A stretch of DNA of 64,000 nt from Deltaproteobacteria bacterium (GTDB lineage: Bacteria; Desulfobacterota_D; UBA1144; Nemesobacterales; CSP1-2), in NCBI GenBank assembly GCA_052390235.1, contig JBQTHB010000003.1, forward strand, positions 128,001 to 192,000. The letters run 5' to 3'. The translations under genes were made by a program, and so were the position numbers. Under the pieces are notes generated by a model. It was not told the DNA's origin, did no database searches, and saw only the letters and a program-made list of their open reading frames with translations. The stretch's first letter is position 1, and every line of letters starts with the position of its first letter. Below are positions 59,197-64,000 of this stretch, in pieces.

Positions 59197-60681
59197 TCAC
59201 GGGAAAGCCCGCTCAAAGAACCTCAGCGCATGGGCGGAATCAAACCCCTCAAAGCCGAACCGGGATAGCGCGTCGGAAAAGGTCAGCCTCCCCCCCTCGC
59301 GCCACAGTTCTCGGAGGAAATTGCCCGCCGCGTCCCCCGCCCTCCACCACTGCTCGTCGTAGCGGTTCACAAGGGCGGCTGAGGCGGCAAATACGCCAAT
59401 CTCCGCCCTAAAGCGCGTTGCCGAATGAAAACACCGCGCAACCGGGGCGAGATAATCCTCTTGGCAATGCTCTGCCAATGTGGCGTTTTTAAGGGTCTCT
59501 TTATAGAAATCCACTTTCTCATAAAAATCCCTATCGCCGTAGAGCGTATGCTCGTAAATCGCCTCTCCCGCCGCAAGCCTCAACCGCGCAAGCCTTCTTA
59601 GACACAGGAATTGAAAAAAGTCCCTGTCCACATCGGCGCGCAGGTAACGGGTTATCCACCTCGGCTCGTGAACCAGATTTGCAAAGAGCGCGGAGAACAG
59701 CTCGACCAAGGCGGCATCCCTCAGCCATCTAAACTCAAAGGCGTCTTGAGTATCCCCTCCGGCATAGACGAGCGATGCCCCCATGCTTCGGAAATACGAG
59801 TCGTAATCGTCAATCCCTCCAGCCGGATAAATGGATAAGGCAACCGAGCGGGGCGGGTCAAGCAAGGCTATGAACGGCTCCGAAATTTTGCCCTTTCGCG
59901 CTGTAGTGTCGGGCTTAATATTTGCCCCGATATGAATCCCGGTTTCGGCGAAGAGGGCTTTGGCGAGCTTGGGCAAATCCGATGCCGAGAAATTATCGCG
60001 AAGCTCAAAGGAGTTGAGGAGAAAATCTAAGTCCCGGCGTTTTACGTCCCTCGGCTTGATTTCCATTCGCCGCAGGAAAAACCAGCCGAGCAAATCCCGG
60101 TACACATATTCTGTGTCGCCGAGAAACCGCGCCGCTTCTGTGATGAGTCCCTCTAGGTTAAGGCTGCGGGTTTCATCGGCGAGGGCGGCTAAATTTGCGT
60201 ACCCAAGTCGCTCAGCCGCAGACTGAGAGGCGTTAAATAAATCGGCGTAATGGGGAGTGAATTTTAAAACCGCGGCAGACCTCTGAGCGTCTATTTCCTC
60301 TCTTTTGCGGCTTTTCGGCTCTCTTTTTATCTCGGCAGGGGCGCTCCGGTAGGCGAGGGTTCTGCGATTTAGAGTCAGATTCTCCAGGCTTTCGGCGGCG
60401 TTGATCTTATCCGAAACGGCGGCGGTTTTACTCCCCAAATAGGCGCGGGCGAGAAAATCGAGAATTAACCTGCGTATCGCCGCATCGGACTTAACGGCGG
60501 ACTCCGAATCCCTGAATTCAATGAAATAGTCAGGCTCGCCGAACAGTGGATAATCGCGGTAAATATGGGCTAGGGCGGTTTCCGCGCTCAATCCCGCTAA
60601 ATTTTGATAAAGCTCCGCGTTTATGGATTTTAAGAACCCGCCGCCCTGCCTACGAATCTCGGTTATTGTAAAATCGCTCAT
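59197..60681 (-). CDS. M3/oligoendopeptidase-like protein lacking HExxH
   Basis: LAGL..IY start, GG.DDY motif, FEFR, QWWR; expected HExxH position reads RSMGA. Confidence 0.6.
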   Translation of the reverse strand: MSDFTITEIRRQGGGFLKSINAELYQNLAGLSAETALAHIYRDYPLFGEPDYFIEFRDSESAVKSDAAIRRLILDFLARAYLGSKTAAVSDKINAAESLENLTLNRRTLAYRSAPAEIKREPKSRKREEIDAQRSAAVLKFTPHYADLFNASQSAAERLGYANLAALADETRSLNLEGLITEAARFLGDTEYVYRDLLGWFFLRRMEIKPRDVKRRDLDFLLNSFELRDNFSASDLPKLAKALFAETGIHIGANIKPDTTARKGKISEPFIALLDPPRSVALSIYPAGGIDDYDSYFRSMGASLVYAGGDTQDAFEFRWLRDAALVELFSALFANLVHEPRWITRYLRADVDRDFFQFLCLRRLARLRLAAGEAIYEHTLYGDRDFYEKVDFYKETLKNATLAEHCQEDYLAPVARCFHSATRFRAEIGVFAASAALVNRYDEQWWRAGDAAGNFLRELWREGGRLTFSDALSRFGFEGFDSAHALRFFERAFP

Positions 60682-60688
60682 GACACTT

Positions 60689-61966
60689 TTATATGGAATT
60701 CTCTCCCATGGTTTCCCTCGCCGTTGATGCCCTTCGCAGCGGGGCTTTGATAAAAAATGCGGCTCCTGCGGCGATGTAGCAGAATACGACGGCAAGGGAG
60801 AAAGAATAGTGATAATTCCCGGCTATATCGTGTATGTAGCCCGCAAGCGGGGGGCCCGCCACTGCGGCAACGCAAAACGATGTGCCGAATACGCCGTAAA
60901 TCCCCCCGAGCGAGCGAAGCCCGAAAAACTGCCCAAGTAGCGTGGGGAACATCGGCACCCACCCGCTGTAGAAAAATCCGAACATCGCCCCAAATACGTA
61001 AAAAGCCGCTATCTCGCCAAAGCAGAGCAGAATTAGGAGCGAACTTCCCTGAAATAAAAAGCACAGGAACAGAACCTTTCTATGCTCTAAATACTCGGTG
61101 AGAATGCCCGATATTGTCAGCCTCCCTATGATGCTCCCAACCCCGATAAAAGCAGGCGCCCCTGAGGCGAGAAGCGGCGGGATGCCAGAGTCAATTGCGA
61201 AATTAAATAGGTGAATCACCACAATGAGAAAGGTCATAAACCCCAGAAAATACATCGAATACATGAGCCAGAACATGGGGGTTTGAACCGCCTCGCGCAC
61301 GCTCCAATTGAGGCTCTGCGGCGGCTCGCCCAGGGAGTTACCACCCATGGGCAGTTTCGGCTCATCTTCCCCATAGGGTTTTAAATTCTTATCGCTAGGG
61401 TAGCCCCTGATGACAAATGCCGCCATTATCGCGCACATTATAATCCCCGAGAGGATGAAAAAAGAATTTCTCACGCCGAAGGATGAAATGAGCCACGCGC
61501 TCAGGGGATTTACTATTAGCCCGCTAAGCGGCACGCCCGTTGTAACGATTCCTATGGCGAGCGCCCTTTTTTTAGCGAACCACCGGCTAACCACCGCCAC
61601 GCAGGGTATATATAAAACGCCGTCGCCAAGCCCCACCATCACGCCGTAGGTAACGTACAGATGCCACGGCACTGTGGCGAATCCCGAAAGGAGCATCCCA
61701 AGGACGGCAATTAGTCCTCCGCCGAATATGACGGCTCTGGGGTCGTACCTGTCAACCAGCCTTCCGGTGATTATCAGCGAGAGGGCAAACACCACAGAGC
61801 GCACCGAATATACGGAAGACCCCTCAGCCCTTGAGAATCCGAATCCCTCATTGAGATATGGGAGAAACACGCCGAAGGAGTAGAGCAGGAGACCGTCGGT
61901 AACCGTTAAGGCAAGGCACGCCGCCACGATAAACCAGCCGTAATAGACTTTCTTCTCAGACATCAA
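60689..61966 (-). CDS. MFS transporter (OFA/MCT-like)
   Basis: YYGW, GRLVDRYDPR motif A, RWFAKKRALAIG, KPYGE, 12 TM segments. Confidence 0.92.
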   Translation of the reverse strand: MMSEKKVYYGWFIVAACLALTVTDGLLLYSFGVFLPYLNEGFGFSRAEGSSVYSVRSVVFALSLIITGRLVDRYDPRAVIFGGGLIAVLGMLLSGFATVPWHLYVTYGVMVGLGDGVLYIPCVAVVSRWFAKKRALAIGIVTTGVPLSGLIVNPLSAWLISSFGVRNSFFILSGIIMCAIMAAFVIRGYPSDKNLKPYGEDEPKLPMGGNSLGEPPQSLNWSVREAVQTPMFWLMYSMYFLGFMTFLIVVIHLFNFAIDSGIPPLLASGAPAFIGVGSIIGRLTISGILTEYLEHRKVLFLCFLFQGSSLLILLCFGEIAAFYVFGAMFGFFYSGWVPMFPTLLGQFFGLRSLGGIYGVFGTSFCVAAVAGPPLAGYIHDIAGNYHYSFSLAVVFCYIAAGAAFFIKAPLRRASTARETMGENSI

Positions 61967-62201
61967 TTTTCCCCAAGAATCCCCGGTCGGATTGAGAATT
62001 CGGCGCGGCGGCCGGTTGGGCAGATAATTTCAGAGCTAAGCTAAACATTGGACGTGAGATAATACCTGAGAATATAGGGCGAAGAAGAAGGGAGTATCTA
62101 TGCGCGGGGGTTGCATATTATTGCGAGCAGAGCGGAAGCCGTGAAACAGTTCTACTGCCCGCGCGTGGCAGCCGGATAAAAATGGGTTATTCGTATGGGC
62201 G

Positions 62202-63575
62202 CTAAATCCCCCTGCCGGAGCGCAGCACTAGGGTCTTAATGCTCTCCTCGCCCAAAGCCGCAATTAGAGAATCATCGGCCCTTTGCATAATCTCGTCAAC
62301 CTCCGGCACTGAGGCAAGCCTGCCCTCCATTAAATTATGCCCCCCGCCCCCCACCCTTGCCGAATCCAGTACCTCTTTAAGCCCTATGGTGTCAATATCC
62401 TTAGCCGGAAGGTAAGAGGGCGGGTCGTCTCCGGTTTCAGCAATAAGCCCCCTAGCCTCAAGACGGCTCACTGAGGTCTCCACAGGCTCCTCGGGAATCC
62501 CAAGATAGTCCACAAGAGAGTGCAGAGTCCAGCGCGGGAGGTTGTGATGGTGGTTATAACCGATGAGATACATCACCATGAGCGAGACCTTCTCCCTAAG
62601 ACGGTGGCTCAGGGAAAACGACTCTTTATTGAGGGTGAGAAATTTCAGATTCTGATGGCAGAACGAAATCTGCGCCCCAATGAGCAGTATAAGCCAGCTT
62701 AAATAGAGCCAAAGCATAAACACCACAAGCACGGCAAAACCCGAATATATGGCGGTATATCGGGTTGAAGACGCCACAAATGAGGCGAACCCCCAGCCTA
62801 TGGTCTGCCACAGCACCCCTGCGACAACCCCTCCCAGAAGCGCGGAGCGGATTTTTACCTTGGTGTTTGGAATCACTACATAGACAAACGTGAACGCGAG
62901 GCTAATGAATATGTAGGGGCCGAGCTTGCTCAGGAAGTAAATCAGTGAGCCGAAAGGCTCGATGGCTAGGAGCTTCACCACAACGGTGTTGCTCTTTACG
63001 GTCGCCGTAAGCCCGATGGCGCTGAAAAGAAGCGCTGGCCCTATGAGGAGAGTGCTTATGTAGTCGCTGAAGCGGCGGGCGATGCTTCTCATCCTCTGGA
63101 TTTTCCAGATGTGGTTGAGGGATTTTTCCATCTTGTAAATCAGCTCGACAACCGTATAGAGGAGCATCCCAAGCCCTATCGAGCCGAGAACGCCGACTTT
63201 CATATTCTCGACGAACTCCAAAATTTTTCCCGTAATTTCAACCCCCTGCTCCCCAAGCGGGGCAAGGAAATTGTACAGCAGAGGCTCAAGCTCATTGTGG
63301 ACGCCGAACGCCTTGAGTATCGAGAAGCTAAATGCCAGAAGCGGCACAAGCGAGAGCAAAGTGGTATAGACCAGACTCATCGCCCGAAGCGTAAGCTCTC
63401 GGTCGCGGAACTCGTGCAGGGATACATAAACGAGCCGGAGCGTGTTGATGGTAAAAGCGCGCCTGCCGCCCTCCAGTTTCGTGTCAACCGACCAAATATC
63501 TCTTTCAAAAAAATTATTTATCCTGCGAACCAGAGGCGTCATCGTATTTATGTTTCCACTTAGAGTCAGATACAA
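62202..63575 (-). CDS. YihY/BrkB-family membrane protein with C-terminal winged-helix
   Basis: SLVYTTLLSLVP, NHIW, IPNTKV, IYSGFA, WLYLSW.ILLIGA; start may be 63542. Confidence 0.88.
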   Translation of the reverse strand: MYLTLSGNINTMTPLVRRINNFFERDIWSVDTKLEGGRRAFTINTLRLVYVSLHEFRDRELTLRAMSLVYTTLLSLVPLLAFSFSILKAFGVHNELEPLLYNFLAPLGEQGVEITGKILEFVENMKVGVLGSIGLGMLLYTVVELIYKMEKSLNHIWKIQRMRSIARRFSDYISTLLIGPALLFSAIGLTATVKSNTVVVKLLAIEPFGSLIYFLSKLGPYIFISLAFTFVYVVIPNTKVKIRSALLGGVVAGVLWQTIGWGFASFVASSTRYTAIYSGFAVLVVFMLWLYLSWLILLIGAQISFCHQNLKFLTLNKESFSLSHRLREKVSLMVMYLIGYNHHHNLPRWTLHSLVDYLGIPEEPVETSVSRLEARGLIAETGDDPPSYLPAKDIDTIGLKEVLDSARVGGGGHNLMEGRLASVPEVDEIMQRADDSLIAALGEESIKTLVLRSGRGI

Positions 63576-63580
63576 AAATT

Positions 63581-64000
63581 TTATCGGCTAAATTGAAGAC
63601 GGCCGTCAATGCGGTAAATCGCCCGGTCTTTTTTGGCGCGAAGAGTCATGGAGATGGGCTCGTCAAGCTCGTCCAATCCGACGAATATACGGGTGAACGC
63701 CTCTCCTCCCACGGGCTTGCCTCCTGCGAGGGTTAGGAAAATACTTCTATCTAAAAAAGCGCCTTTCACGGCGGCCCTGATTTTTTCCCCTATTTCTTTT
63801 TCCTCTTCCTCTCCGACGGGGGCAAATCCGTAAACAGGAAAGTGGTCAATAATGGCTTGGTTGAGAGCGGCGGCGGCGGCGTATCCGTCCTTAATCTGAT
63901 TTTTACTGCGAAGGTCGTTGTCGAATGCCAGAACAAAGACCCCTGCCATTCCTATGCCGCCCGCATCGCGCTGGAAACGCCCGACCGAGGCGGGGATGGC
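63581..64000 (-). CDS. Hypothetical protein (5'-partial)
   Basis: Frame stays open to the window edge (AIPASVGRFQRDAGGIGMAG...). Confidence 0.55.
   Translation of the reverse strand, partial: AIPASVGRFQRDAGGIGMAGVFVLAFDNDLRSKNQIKDGYAAAAALNQAIIDHFPVYGFAPVGEEEEKEIGEKIRAAVKGAFLDRSIFLTLAGGKPVGGEAFTRIFVGLDELDEPISMTLRAKKDRAIYRIDGRLQFSR

Noticed and set aside
61967..62201. Small ORF or sRNA between yihY and the MFS gene
   Set aside because: Only very short frames without a recognisable motif or fold

Overview
Mostly housekeeping DNA from a moderately GC-rich bacterium. Gene order (atpF'-F-H-A-G-D-C without atpB/E, miaB-DUF151, folD-maf-yggS-proC-yggT) suggests a deltaproteobacteria-like lineage, possibly Dadabacteria; this is inference only. 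RNA genes are smpB-linked tmRNA (tag AEPINALAA) and tRNA-Asn(GTT). Next to the tRNA lies an ~8 kb integrase-less restriction-modification island. It holds a controller protein, a ScaI-like endonuclease with an apparent nonsense mutation, an intact N4-C methyltransferase, a truncated DUF3644/HEPN gene, and a Type III mod-rhuM-res cassette. Other items worth a second look: (1) a stand-alone secreted precursor with signal peptide, a bacteriocin-like leader and a 46-aa uncharged core; (2) a (TTTGGG)12 array inside an apparent methyltransferase remnant; (3) a sigma54-driven signalling protein with degenerate catalytic motifs; (4) KdsC-like and M3-like pseudo-enzymes; (5) an orphan HicB on the atp operon; (6) a stand-alone PgaB-type hydrolase; (7) REP-like palindromes; (8) a recurring leaderless-promoter layout. 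No CRISPR array, prophage or transposase was seen. All family assignments are from motif recognition by eye; no searches were run.
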